From assembly GCA_013375475.1 (NCBI GenBank), contig JABXKD010000009.1, positions 1 through 57,600 of the forward strand: 57,600 nucleotides of DNA, in the 5' to 3' direction. Origin of the DNA: Promethearchaeota archaeon. Lineage in GTDB: Archaea; Asgardarchaeota; Lokiarchaeia; Sigyniarchaeales; SOKP01. The notes under the pieces are model-generated. The model was not told the DNA's origin and did no database searches. It worked only from the letters and a program-made list of their open reading frames with translations. Below, in pieces: positions 1-9,529 of the stretch. The stretch's first letter is position 1. Each line of letters starts with the position of its first letter. Position numbers and translations under genes: made by a program.

Positions 1-2649
1 AAAATCAACTGGTCGAAGCTTTACATGAGCCTCTAAGAAAAAATTATCCTCGTTTATAGGTACTTTTAACAATTTGCCCATTTCCTCGTTTTCTTCTTTT
101 TGGGCTACTATTCCCACACTTAACACTAGTAAATCTGAGTTTATTTGAATACTGTCTTTTCTAGGTGAAACAACATTCACTCTTAATTTTGAACCTTCTG
201 GTACTACTTCCGGAGGGTTATTTTCATCGTAACGAATAAAAACAATTCCTTCTTCACGTGCTATTCTATAATATTTCTCTTTAAATCCATAAGTTCTAAT
301 ATCTCTAAATAAAATAACAATCTCAGTGGAAGGACTCTTCCTCTTAGCAACTATTGCATTTTTTATTGCTTCCGCACAACACATTTTGCTACAATAAGGA
401 TGTTCTTCGTTTCGAGATCCTACACATTGAATCATAACAATTGATTTTTTATCTTTAATATCATCAGTAGTATTTATATACTTCTCAAATTCAGACTGCG
501 TAATCACATTATCGTTTTTACCATATAAATATTCATTCGGTTCATATTCTTTAGCACCTGTTGCTACAACTACAACCCCATGTTCAAATTCTACTTTATT
601 CTTTTCTGGACCAAATAGTATTGATGATTTGAAATTTCCAATATAACCATCAATAATTTCAATTTCAGCCTCAGTGAAAACATGTATCTTGTCGTGAGTT
701 TTTACTTTTTCAATCAATTCTGTTAGGAAATCTTGCACATCTCCACCTTCAAGCGTTGTATAAATATTTCGGGCAAAACCTCCTAATTCTTTTTCCTTTT
801 CGACTAGAAGAGTCTCATAATTTTGATCAGCAAAATTCAGAGCTGCAACCATCCCAGTAATACCTCCTCCTATAACTAGAGTTTTAGGAGTAACTCCTAA
901 TTTTATTCTTTCTAATGGTTGTATGTTTCTCGCCTTATTTACTGCCATTCTTACGAGGTCCTTTGCTTTATCTGTAGCCTCCTCTGGTTGATTCATATGA
1001 ACCCAACTACATTGATCGCGTATATTTGCCATTTGAAATAAGTATCTATTTAACCCCGCTTCTCTAATAGTTTCTTGAAACAATGGTTCATGAGTTCTTG
1101 GGGTGCAAGAAGCGACGATAACTCTATTAAGGGTATAATCTTTAATCATATCCTTTATTATCGTTTGGGTGTCAGCTGAGCATGTATATAAGTTCTGATC
1201 CGCTAAAACTACATTTGGAAGTGAACTTGCATATTTTACTACTTCAGGAACATCAACATATCCTCCAATATTTACACCGCAATGACAGATAAATACTCCA
1301 ATTCTCGGTGGTTGACCCGCGACAAATATTTCTGGCGGTAATGTTTTCTCTGTAATTAGTGTATCTCTCTGATCATATAACAGCGTATTTACGCAACCTG
1401 CAGCTGCGCTTGCTTGAGTGACTGTTTCAGGAATATCTTTCGGTGAGGAAAAAGCACCACAAACGAAAATACCTGGTTTAGTTGTCTGAACTGGGTTAAA
1501 AATATCCGTTTTAGCGAAATTAAATTCGTTCAATTCAATTCCAAATTTATCAGCTAAATATTTAGCATCGTCTGGGGGATTTAGGCCAACTGAAAGTACT
1601 ACCATCTCGAAATTTTCTTCAATGATTTCCCCATTTTCTGTTTCGTATTTTATTATTAGGTCCTTGGTTTCTGGATCCTCTTTAACTGAAGAAATACGAC
1701 TACGAATATAGCGCACACCATATTCTTCTTGCGCACGAATAATATATTTATCAAAATCCTTCCCGTATGCCCTTACATCCATACTGAAAATTGTAGGTCT
1801 TATTTGATGCATATGTTCATGAGCGATTACTGCTTCTTTTGCTGTATACATACAACACACTGAGGAACAATAAGGTTGACCATTTCCCGTAAAATCGCGA
1901 GATCCAATACACTGAAGAAACGCAACTTTTTCTGGGATATCTCCATCAGACGGGCGTAATACTTTTCCTGTATAAGGTCCACTCGCGCTTAATATTCGCT
2001 CGAATTCAATACTTGTAACCACATTTTTATACTTCCCATAACCATACATATTACCCTCAAGAGGGATATATTCATCGAAACCGGGGGCTAACACAATTCC
2101 ACCTACCTTTATTTCAACTATTTCATCCTCTAAATCATATTCTACAGCATTTGCTTTACAGACTCCTTTACAAATTCCACACCCTATACAATAATCTTTA
2201 TTTATCGCGTAAACAAGAGGGACTGCTTGTGGATACTTAACAGATGTTGCTGCAAATTTAGATAATTTCTCGTTGAAAACATCAATTGCCTCTACTGGAC
2301 AAGCTCGACCGCATACACCACATCCTGTGCATTTATCCGTATTCACATATAATGTTTTCTTTAATAATTTAACTGTAAAATTACCTGCTTCTCCTGAAAC
2401 ATCCAAGACTTTACAATTAATACTCAGATCGATATTATGATGCCGACCAGTCTCTACAAGTTTAGGACTTACAATGCACATAGCACAATCGTTAGTCGGA
2501 AAAGTTTTATCCAACTGTGCCATCACGCCACCTATGCTTGTGCTTGATTCAAGCAAGTATACTTTAAATCCAGCATCACCTAAATCTAGAGCCGTTTGAG
2601 ATCCTCCAATTCCTGCTCCTACTACTAATACTGCTCCTACTTTTTCCAT
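1..2649 (-). CDS. hdrA: Large (fused, two FAD-module) heterodisulfide reductase subunit A; 3' end runs off the window
   Basis: Not in ORF track because it is open at the edge. Manual translation from ATG 2649: MEKVGAVLVVGAGIGG...LDKTFPTNDCAMC...CTGCGVCGRACP...QCIGSRD...YCSSVCCMY...IGVFICHCGVNIG...ASCTPRTHEPLF...RDQCSWVH...FLEAHVKLRPVDF; 883 codons with no stop; AGAGGT SD upstream. Confidence 0.93.
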   Translation of the reverse strand, partial: MEKVGAVLVVGAGIGGSQTALDLGDAGFKVYLLESSTSIGGVMAQLDKTFPTNDCAMCIVSPKLVETGRHHNIDLSINCKVLDVSGEAGNFTVKLLKKTLYVNTDKCTGCGVCGRACPVEAIDVFNEKLSKFAATSVKYPQAVPLVYAINKDYCIGCGICKGVCKANAVEYDLEDEIVEIKVGGIVLAPGFDEYIPLEGNMYGYGKYKNVVTSIEFERILSASGPYTGKVLRPSDGDIPEKVAFLQCIGSRDFTGNGQPYCSSVCCMYTAKEAVIAHEHMHQIRPTIFSMDVRAYGKDFDKYIIRAQEEYGVRYIRSRISSVKEDPETKDLIIKYETENGEIIEENFEMVVLSVGLNPPDDAKYLADKFGIELNEFNFAKTDIFNPVQTTKPGIFVCGAFSSPKDIPETVTQASAAAGCVNTLLYDQRDTLITEKTLPPEIFVAGQPPRIGVFICHCGVNIGGYVDVPEVVKYASSLPNVVLADQNLYTCSADTQTIIKDMIKDYTLNRVIVASCTPRTHEPLFQETIREAGLNRYLFQMANIRDQCSWVHMNQPEEATDKAKDLVRMAVNKARNIQPLERIKLGVTPKTLVIGGGITGMVAALNFADQNYETLLVEKEKELGGFARNIYTTLEGGDVQDFLTELIEKVKTHDKIHVFTEAEIEIIDGYIGNFKSSILFGPEKNKVEFEHGVVVVATGAKEYEPNEYLYGKNDNVITQSEFEKYINTTDDIKDKKSIVMIQCVGSRNEEHPYCSKMCCAEAIKNAIVAKRKSPSTEIVILFRDIRTYGFKEKYYRIAREEGIVFIRYDENNPPEVVPEGSKLRVNVVSPRKDSIQINSDLLVLSVGIVAQKEENEEMGKLLKVPINEDNFFLEAHVKLRPVDF

Positions 2650-2660
2650 TATTTTTACCT

Positions 2661-3422
2661 CTATATTCTCATATATAACGGAGTATTTCCGTCAATACGT
2701 TGATAATCTATTTCTCCTCTACTCTTTAAAGTTAGCATGTTTTCTAAAATTTCACTGGGATCCAGTTTTAGCTCAGTAGCTAAATCTTTAACTGAAAGGA
2801 CTTTATTACTTAATGAAAGTAAGATTCTTTGCCTAACAAATTCATCGTGAATTGCTTCATCAAAAATAGCGTTAAATTCATCCACAGGGATACGCTCTCC
2901 ATATTCGTTTTCAACTTCAGTAATCTTTCTCTGCCGCCCTACTAATGCTCTAACCCTATCGCTTGAAACAGCATTTTCCATAGCTTTTAGATTATTAAAT
3001 AGCCCTTGATCGATGTTTGCTCCGCTAAGCGGAGATGGTCCTTGTTCTCGAATTGCTTCAATAAACTCAGTAACTACTTTACCAAATCTTGCTCCTTCAG
3101 AAGCAGAAACCCAATCCAATCGTATTCTCTTATCAAAATCGACCATTTTAAGAAATTTTTGTACCATGTTAAACTTCTTTTCAGCTTCGTAATTTCCCTC
3201 TAAATAATGGCAATCTCCAGGATGACACCCTAATACAAATACTCCATCTATTCCTGTTAAGAGAGCCTTAAAAATGAATACAGGATCAACTCTGCCACTA
3301 CACATAACCCGTATAACTCTCATGTTGGGGGGATACTGAATTCTACTGACTCCTGCTAAGTCTGCTCCCGCATAGGAACACCAGTTACACAAAAAACCCA
3401 ATATTTTTGGTTCAAATGTCAT
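2661..3422 (-). CDS. mvhD: MvhD-type [2Fe-2S] subunit with C-terminal extension ending in a winged-helix-like segment
   Basis: FLCNWCSY, RVMCSGRVDP, GCHPGDCHY and WVSASEG motifs; ~110 extra residues ending SVKDLATELKLDPSEILENMLTLKSRGEI. Confidence 0.9.
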   Translation of the reverse strand: MTFEPKILGFLCNWCSYAGADLAGVSRIQYPPNMRVIRVMCSGRVDPVFIFKALLTGIDGVFVLGCHPGDCHYLEGNYEAEKKFNMVQKFLKMVDFDKRIRLDWVSASEGARFGKVVTEFIEAIREQGPSPLSGANIDQGLFNNLKAMENAVSSDRVRALVGRQRKITEVENEYGERIPVDEFNAIFDEAIHDEFVRQRILLSLSNKVLSVKDLATELKLDPSEILENMLTLKSRGEIDYQRIDGNTPLYMRI

Positions 3423-5110
3423 TATACTTCTTTACCTCCATAAGCGTATATTTCAGAAAGAATTTGTTGATCTGTAAAATGTCGTATGACAATTGCGTGA
3501 TTGGTACATGTAGCACCACATAAACCACAACCTTTACACAATACTTGAGTTATTTCTATCTCTTCGTCTTCATTCTTACTAATAGCGTTATATGGGCAAA
3601 TTTTTATACACACATCACAACCGGTGCATAAATTTTTGTTATAGTCGGGTAAAAATGATGTAGCTCCCTCAACTTCTATCGTATCGTGAGATATTATCCT
3701 ACTAGCTCTTGATGCTGCCGCATAACCTTGAGAAATGGATTCTGTAATATCCACAGGCCATTTTGCTGAGCCACAGACAAAAATTCCATCAGTAGCGAAA
3801 TCCATTGGCCGCAATTTTACATGTGCTTCTAAAAAGAAACCATTTTCTTCTAATGGAACTTTTATCATTTGTGCTAGTGCTTTATTATCATTATTTGAAA
3901 CTAACGGTGTTGAAAGTACACAAAGATCATATGGGATGAGTATGTCTTCTCCAAGATATTCATTGTGCACTTTAATTTGATGCTCTTTGACAATTGGTAT
4001 TTTTTCAGGAGAATATTCAATAAATATAACCCCTGTTTCTCGAGCCCTTCTATAGTAATCTTCGTAATAAGTACCTGGAGTATATAAATCTCTAAAAAGT
4101 ATGGTAACATTTGACTCCGGATTGTTCTCCTTTATAATGAGAGCATTTTTCAAAGCGGTCATACAACACACACTTGAACAATAAGTTCTCTCATCATTAC
4201 GAGATCCAACACACTGTACCATAACAATATCTTTAGCCTTAACTTCTTTATTCTGTAATTTACTTTCCAATTCATGTTGGGTAATTCTTATCTTACCATC
4301 ATAGCCGAAGTATCCAGTTGGAGTCAAAAGCGAGGCTCCAACGGCCACGACAATAACACCAATAGTTAAATCAATATTAATCCCATTTTCCTCCACTATT
4401 ACTTCATAATTACCAATAAAACCTTCAATGTTTTTCACTTGTGCTGAGGTATGGACTTTCAGATTTTTATTACCTTTAATGTTTTTCTTAAGATTATCCA
4501 ACAAAATTTGGGCATCTAGGTCAATAGGGAAAAGTTTATATAGTGTTTTCAACCTTCCACCTAATTCATTTTCTCTTTCAACTAAATGCGTTTCAAATCC
4601 TTGATTTGCTAAACTAAGTGCAGCAGTCATTCCTGAAACTCCTCCACCAATTACTAATGCAGTAGGAGTTGCATCAACTATAATATTTTCGAGTGCTTCA
4701 AGCTTAGCTGCTCTTGCTACACCCATAAGAATTAAATCTTTCGCCTTGTCAAACGCTTCCTTGGGGTATTTCTGATGACACCAAGTGTTTTGATCCCTTA
4801 TGTTCACAAAATCAAAGAGATACTCATTTACGCCTTCTGTTTCAACACAATCTCGGAATAAAGGTTCGTGGGTTCTCGGAGTGCATGATGCTACAATTAC
4901 TCTATTCAAATTATGATTTTTAATCCCGTTTTTAATTTGGGTTAATCCCGTTTCTGAACAAGTATACAGATTATCTTCAGTAAATACCACATTTGGTAGA
5001 GTTTTAGCATATTCGGCAAGAGCTTTAACATCTATAAGCCCTCCAATATTTGTTCCACAAGAACAGACAAAAACACCAATCCTAACATCTTCACTTTCTT
5101 TTTCAGACAT
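3422..5110 (-). CDS. hdrA: HdrA-family protein, equivalent to the C-terminal half of the large HdrA
   Basis: IGVFVCSCGTNIG, SCTPRTHEPLF, GGGVSG FAD motif, QCVGSR..YCSSVCC, FLEAHVKLRP, C-terminal 2x[4Fe-4S] motifs. Confidence 0.92.
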   Translation of the reverse strand: MSEKESEDVRIGVFVCSCGTNIGGLIDVKALAEYAKTLPNVVFTEDNLYTCSETGLTQIKNGIKNHNLNRVIVASCTPRTHEPLFRDCVETEGVNEYLFDFVNIRDQNTWCHQKYPKEAFDKAKDLILMGVARAAKLEALENIIVDATPTALVIGGGVSGMTAALSLANQGFETHLVERENELGGRLKTLYKLFPIDLDAQILLDNLKKNIKGNKNLKVHTSAQVKNIEGFIGNYEVIVEENGINIDLTIGVIVVAVGASLLTPTGYFGYDGKIRITQHELESKLQNKEVKAKDIVMVQCVGSRNDERTYCSSVCCMTALKNALIIKENNPESNVTILFRDLYTPGTYYEDYYRRARETGVIFIEYSPEKIPIVKEHQIKVHNEYLGEDILIPYDLCVLSTPLVSNNDNKALAQMIKVPLEENGFFLEAHVKLRPMDFATDGIFVCGSAKWPVDITESISQGYAAASRASRIISHDTIEVEGATSFLPDYNKNLCTGCDVCIKICPYNAISKNEDEEIEITQVLCKGCGLCGATCTNHAIVIRHFTDQQILSEIYAYGGKEV

Positions 5111-5117
5111 TTTCGCT

Positions 5118-6422
5118 TTAACCTCCTTTAATTACTTCCGCTGCTCTTGCTGCTGCTCCACTAGCTTCAGCGACAGAACGAGGAATATCCATTGGTTCAC
5201 GAGCACATCCACATGTGAAAATTCCTTCCACACTCGTTTCTACTGGTAAGAATGGATTTGTTTTTACAAAATTATAATTATTTAATTCAATTCCTAATAT
5301 ATCTGCTAATTTTTCGATTCCTTGTGATGGAATTATGCATGTTGCTAAAACAGCTAAATCCACTTTCATCTGTTTTATTTCAGATGTATCATAATCTTCG
5401 TAAGTTATAATAGGAGTATTATCCTCATCAACATCAATATGGGATATCTTACTTTTAATATATTTAATGTTATATTCATCTGCTCCTCTACGGAGAAAAG
5501 TTTGAAATCCTTTTCCTCCTGCTCTCATATCAATATAAAAAACATATGATTCTAAATCGTTATTATGCTCATAAGAGATCATTGCTGCTTTCGTGGTATA
5601 CATGCAACAAATAGAAGAGCAATACTTTTTATCTCTATCTGAGCGTGATCCTATACATTGTAGAAAAGCAAGTTTTTTAGGATCTTTTCCATCGGATAAT
5701 CTTTTTAGATGCCCTTCTAATGGTCCAGAAGCACATATTAATCGTTCAAATTCTAAGGCGGTTACTACATTTTTATATTTCCCATAACCATAATTTGTTA
5801 ACGGAGAGACATCTTCCAATAAACCATATCCTGGTGCTACGATAATGCAACCAACATTATTAATTTTTAAAATTTCATCTTTTTGTGAGAAATCAATTGC
5901 CTCAGCTCCACAAGCTTTTACACACAGTCCACAAATTCCATAATTTAAGTAAACACATGAATTTTTATCAATTATGTAGACTGGAGGAACTGCTGAGGGA
6001 AATGGGATGTATGCTGCTGCCATATTTTTCAAATTAGCATCAAAATAATTTGGAATTCCTCTTACTGGGCAAACTGAAGCACAATCACCACAATTAGTAC
6101 AAACATCTTCCTTAACATATCGTGCACGTTTAAGGATATCTACTGTAAAATTCCCACTTGTACCTTCAACATTATTTACTTCTGAAAGCGTATAAAGAGT
6201 AATGTTTGGATGCCTATAACATTCTGATAATTTAGGTGCTAAGATACAAATTGAGCAGTCTAAAGTAGGAAATGTTTTATCTAATTGAGCCATTTTTCCT
6301 CCAATTACAGGATTTTTTTCAACTAAATGAACTTTTATTCCCATATCTCCTAAATCTAAAGCCGCTTGAATACCCGCAATACCAGCCCCAATAATAAGAA
6401 CAGTTTTTGAATTTTTTTCCAA
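5118..6422 (-). CDS. hdrA: HdrA-family protein, equivalent to the N-terminal half of the large HdrA
   Basis: GAGIAG, LDKTFPTLDCSIC, ferredoxin insert, QCIGSR..YCSSICCMY, GCAREPMDIP; TTG start preceded by AAGGTGAT SD. Confidence 0.92.
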   Translation of the reverse strand: MEKNSKTVLIIGAGIAGIQAALDLGDMGIKVHLVEKNPVIGGKMAQLDKTFPTLDCSICILAPKLSECYRHPNITLYTLSEVNNVEGTSGNFTVDILKRARYVKEDVCTNCGDCASVCPVRGIPNYFDANLKNMAAAYIPFPSAVPPVYIIDKNSCVYLNYGICGLCVKACGAEAIDFSQKDEILKINNVGCIIVAPGYGLLEDVSPLTNYGYGKYKNVVTALEFERLICASGPLEGHLKRLSDGKDPKKLAFLQCIGSRSDRDKKYCSSICCMYTTKAAMISYEHNNDLESYVFYIDMRAGGKGFQTFLRRGADEYNIKYIKSKISHIDVDEDNTPIITYEDYDTSEIKQMKVDLAVLATCIIPSQGIEKLADILGIELNNYNFVKTNPFLPVETSVEGIFTCGCAREPMDIPRSVAEASGAAARAAEVIKGG

Positions 6423-6438
6423 TCATATCACCTTTTAT

Positions 6439-7533
6439 TTATTTCTTCACCTTTAGTGAAGTCATTTTTTTCAACCAATTGATTTTTTTAGGTTGCCATT
6501 CTGAAATCTGATCAGCAGGAATAATATATCGTTCGATATATCCTGTGGCGAGTAATGAATCTATTAAACTACGACCTTTTTCAGTTCGAGTAAGAATCAT
6601 TGAATAACTTTTAGCGGCTCCAGAGGCTCCAATGCTAAGATCTGAAAATCTCCCTACAAAATCATCACATTCATGACAATGATTCCTTACTGCATCATCA
6701 AGGTCTTTAATATTCACTTCCTTAACAGAGTCATCTTTTGATGTGACAAAGAAGTTCTTCTTAATATTTGTTTTTTTAATATCTGAAGGATTTTTTTTAG
6801 TTTTTGACCTTAGCGCAGCCATCAATTTATCATAATCAAAATTTTCAAAACAAAAAAGACCAATAACTATACTTATAACATGTGCAGGTTTAATATTCAA
6901 AAGCTTCATTTTACTAATAGCTCTACATTGGCACGGTGTCCCAATAAAGGCAATTCGTAATTGATCGCTATCATAAATGCGTTTCTTTTGAGAAATGATG
7001 TCTTCTGCGATTTGAGTCAAATCTTTTAATGGTAAAATATTAGATGAAATCGAATATCGAGTCCCTGCTGATTTTACTAAATCATCTTTACTGTATATTA
7101 TTTTGGGTATTGGTTTAAAATTATCATCGTATTCTGATACAATTGCGGCATCAATATTATTAGTATCAAATAAATAAGTTAAAAGAGTTGATACAATACC
7201 CCCATCTTGTCCAACTTCTTTAAATTTTGTATTTGTTGTCCTGGCGGCGAGTATATCAATTATGTTCCCAAGTTCATCTTTAATTAAGTGTGTTTCTTTT
7301 AATTTATCTAATAATGGTTCTGTTTGCGGACAAATATAATAACAATACCCACATTCTTTACAATTTTCAACACTTTTATCAGTTTTAAACTTAGGATTAT
7401 AATTTTCCATCTCAATAACGTTAAATGCTTGGTTTTCACAATATGCTATACAAGCGCCACAAGCACAACATCTATTGACTGAGATTACATCATCTTCCAA
7501 ATTTCTGAATGTTTTTATATCTACTAATCCCAT
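6439..7533 (-). CDS. Coenzyme F420 hydrogenase/dehydrogenase beta-subunit family protein (FrhB/FdhB/FpoF-like) with N-terminal ferredoxin
   Basis: CCACGACIAYC and CKECGYCYYICP; GQDGGIVS, SAGTRY, GTPCQ, IGLFCFENF, CHECDDF motifs. Confidence 0.88.
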   Translation of the reverse strand: MGLVDIKTFRNLEDDVISVNRCCACGACIAYCENQAFNVIEMENYNPKFKTDKSVENCKECGYCYYICPQTEPLLDKLKETHLIKDELGNIIDILAARTTNTKFKEVGQDGGIVSTLLTYLFDTNNIDAAIVSEYDDNFKPIPKIIYSKDDLVKSAGTRYSISSNILPLKDLTQIAEDIISQKKRIYDSDQLRIAFIGTPCQCRAISKMKLLNIKPAHVISIVIGLFCFENFDYDKLMAALRSKTKKNPSDIKKTNIKKNFFVTSKDDSVKEVNIKDLDDAVRNHCHECDDFVGRFSDLSIGASGAAKSYSMILTRTEKGRSLIDSLLATGYIERYIIPADQISEWQPKKINWLKKMTSLKVKK

Positions 7534-7589
7534 TTTTCTATCAATTCTTATTTTTAAGTTTAAATTTATTATATAACTTATCTTAATTT

Positions 7590-8453
7590 CTAAAATCCTG
7601 CTAATAATTCTTTAGGTCGAACTCGATGAAAGCTCATTCCTAATTCTTCAGGTTTGAACCCAAATGCGAGGGCTATTAACTCTGAGAGATAAAAAACAGG
7701 GAAGTTATAACCATTTTCTTTTTCTTTACTCAGTTCTCGTTGGTTGAAATCGAATTGTTGAAAACATGCTGGACATACTAGGCTAACACAATTCGCACCA
7801 GCTTCTTGAATTGACTTGAATTTGTTATCTATCATTTGTAGAGAAATTTTTTTATCGGATTTCTCAAGAGGATTTCCACAGCATTCCATCTTTAATTCGT
7901 AATCTATAGAATCAGCACCTATAGCTTTAACAATTTCATCTAGAGTGTTTGGTTCAAAAGGATCATCCCAATTAATAATCTCAGAAGGTCTTAAATAATG
8001 ACACCCATAATGAACGGCAACTTTAAAACCAGTTAAAGGACGTTCCACATTTTCTCTTACTTTATCAAGATTTTCATAAAGAACCTGAGCGAAATGCTTT
8101 ACTTCAGTTTTACCCTCATATTTTTTACCAACAATCTTTAAGATTTTATTTACATCATTCTTTATTTCAGAATCTTTGTTTATATAGTAATTAACTCCTT
8201 TAAGAGTTTCAACACAACCCGAACAAAAAGAGATAATTCCACCATTATTATTTGATAAGCTTAAATTTCTTGCACCTAAAGCTAACCAAGTTTTATGATC
8301 TATAAGTTCTATACCCGTTGGATCAGGACAACAACTAAACCCATCAACATCATTCAATTTAATACCAAGCTTTTCAAATACTTTTCTTGAAGATGCTTCT
8401 AAGAATGGAAGCCTTGCCGGAATTACACACCCTAAAAATAAATCATAAGACAT
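7590..8453 (-). CDS. hdrB: Heterodisulfide reductase subunit B
   Basis: FLGC, SCCP, CSGC, HYGCH, ECCG, CPAC..QFD CCG-domain motifs. Confidence 0.92.
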   Translation of the reverse strand: MSYDLFLGCVIPARLPFLEASSRKVFEKLGIKLNDVDGFSCCPDPTGIELIDHKTWLALGARNLSLSNNNGGIISFCSGCVETLKGVNYYINKDSEIKNDVNKILKIVGKKYEGKTEVKHFAQVLYENLDKVRENVERPLTGFKVAVHYGCHYLRPSEIINWDDPFEPNTLDEIVKAIGADSIDYELKMECCGNPLEKSDKKISLQMIDNKFKSIQEAGANCVSLVCPACFQQFDFNQRELSKEKENGYNFPVFYLSELIALAFGFKPEELGMSFHRVRPKELLAGF

Positions 8454-8456
8454 ATT

Positions 8457-8954
8457 TTATGCTCCCTCCTTTGGAATGTTATTTTCAAACTTAGTTTCTT
8501 TTAATATTTTCTTAATTTCATCAACTGGTGCTGTTTTTATGGAAGGAAGGCGCAATTTCTCCCGTCTGGTAATAATGGCTTTTGAATATGGAAGTGCAAC
8601 TCCATTTTCTAAAACAGTTCTCCCTTGTGAAATAAAAGCTTCAGGAACTTTGCCAGTATTAAAACATTTATTTTTTATTAATGTAAAAATTTCAGTAATC
8701 TCAACTTTTTGAGGACATAGCTCAACGCATGTCTGACAGGTTGAACAAAGCCAAGGATTAGGATCTTGTCTTATTATTAATTTATCCTCTAACCCTAAAA
8801 TCGCTTGTTCTATAATTTTTCTAGGATTATAACTACCTTGAGTTATCAGAGCAACGGGGCAACCACCACTACATGTACTACACTGATAGCAGTACTGTAA
8901 AGAAGCATTATGTTTCAATACTTCATTTCGAAACTCAAAATTTATTACAGACAT
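8457..8954 (-). CDS. hdrC: Heterodisulfide reductase subunit C
   Basis: CYQCSTCSGGCP and WLCSTCQTCVELCPQ; immediately upstream of hdrB. Confidence 0.92.
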   Translation of the reverse strand: MSVINFEFRNEVLKHNASLQYCYQCSTCSGGCPVALITQGSYNPRKIIEQAILGLEDKLIIRQDPNPWLCSTCQTCVELCPQKVEITEIFTLIKNKCFNTGKVPEAFISQGRTVLENGVALPYSKAIITRREKLRLPSIKTAPVDEIKKILKETKFENNIPKEGA

Positions 8955-9185
8955 GTCTAAAAGTTTTATTTTCCTTCTACTAGATATTTAGAAGAATAAA
9001 GGAGATTTAATAAAATTTTTTAGAAAATTCAATAACCAAATCATTTCTATTTGTTATATAATATTAAAAACGCACATATTAAGTTCTATTTTGAGCACCC
9101 AATTTCCCTCTTTGTTTATTTCTTTTATTCTTAATAATTTCTAAACATCTTTTTTTATAGAAAACTTAATTAAAGATAGGTTAAT

Positions 9186-9422
9186 GATCAAAGTTGATCA
9201 AAATCTTTCTAAAATGTTGTAATCTTTCAGATATAGTTTTGATGATCGCTTTTAAAAGTAATAATGATCGATTACATCGATTTTAACTATTACTTTTCGA
9301 TAAAATTATCTTTCTGAGCTATATATGATCAATTTCCAGGATCTATGTGTTGAAAACAGCATCACACGATCAAGATTATGCAAATATATTCTTTTCAAAA
9401 CAAGAAATGTCGAAGAACGATC
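9186..9422. promoter_or_regulatory. GATC-dense intergenic tract between the divergent hdr operon and the 85-aa gene
   Basis: GATC at 9186, 9196, 9244, 9266, 9327, 9340, 9368 and 9419 (8 in 237 bp of AT-rich DNA); function inferred only. Confidence 0.45.
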
Positions 9423-9529
9423 ATCTTTAAATATGAAAACATTATATTATTATATTATGGTAATAAACATTTATAAAATAAATTAAAATTTCCCAAAAAG
9501 TAAATAAAAAATAATGGAGTGATAAAAAA

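Noticed and set aside
1-6422. Selenocysteine (in-frame TGA) in HdrA or MvhD, as reported for some Lokiarchaeota
   Set aside because: The candidate positions are Cys codons (e.g. TFPTNDCAMC, CNWCSY, GCHPGDCHY) and the frames are uninterrupted.
9186-9422. Replication origin
   Set aside because: No ORB repeats with G-strings and no adjacent cdc6/orc1 gene.
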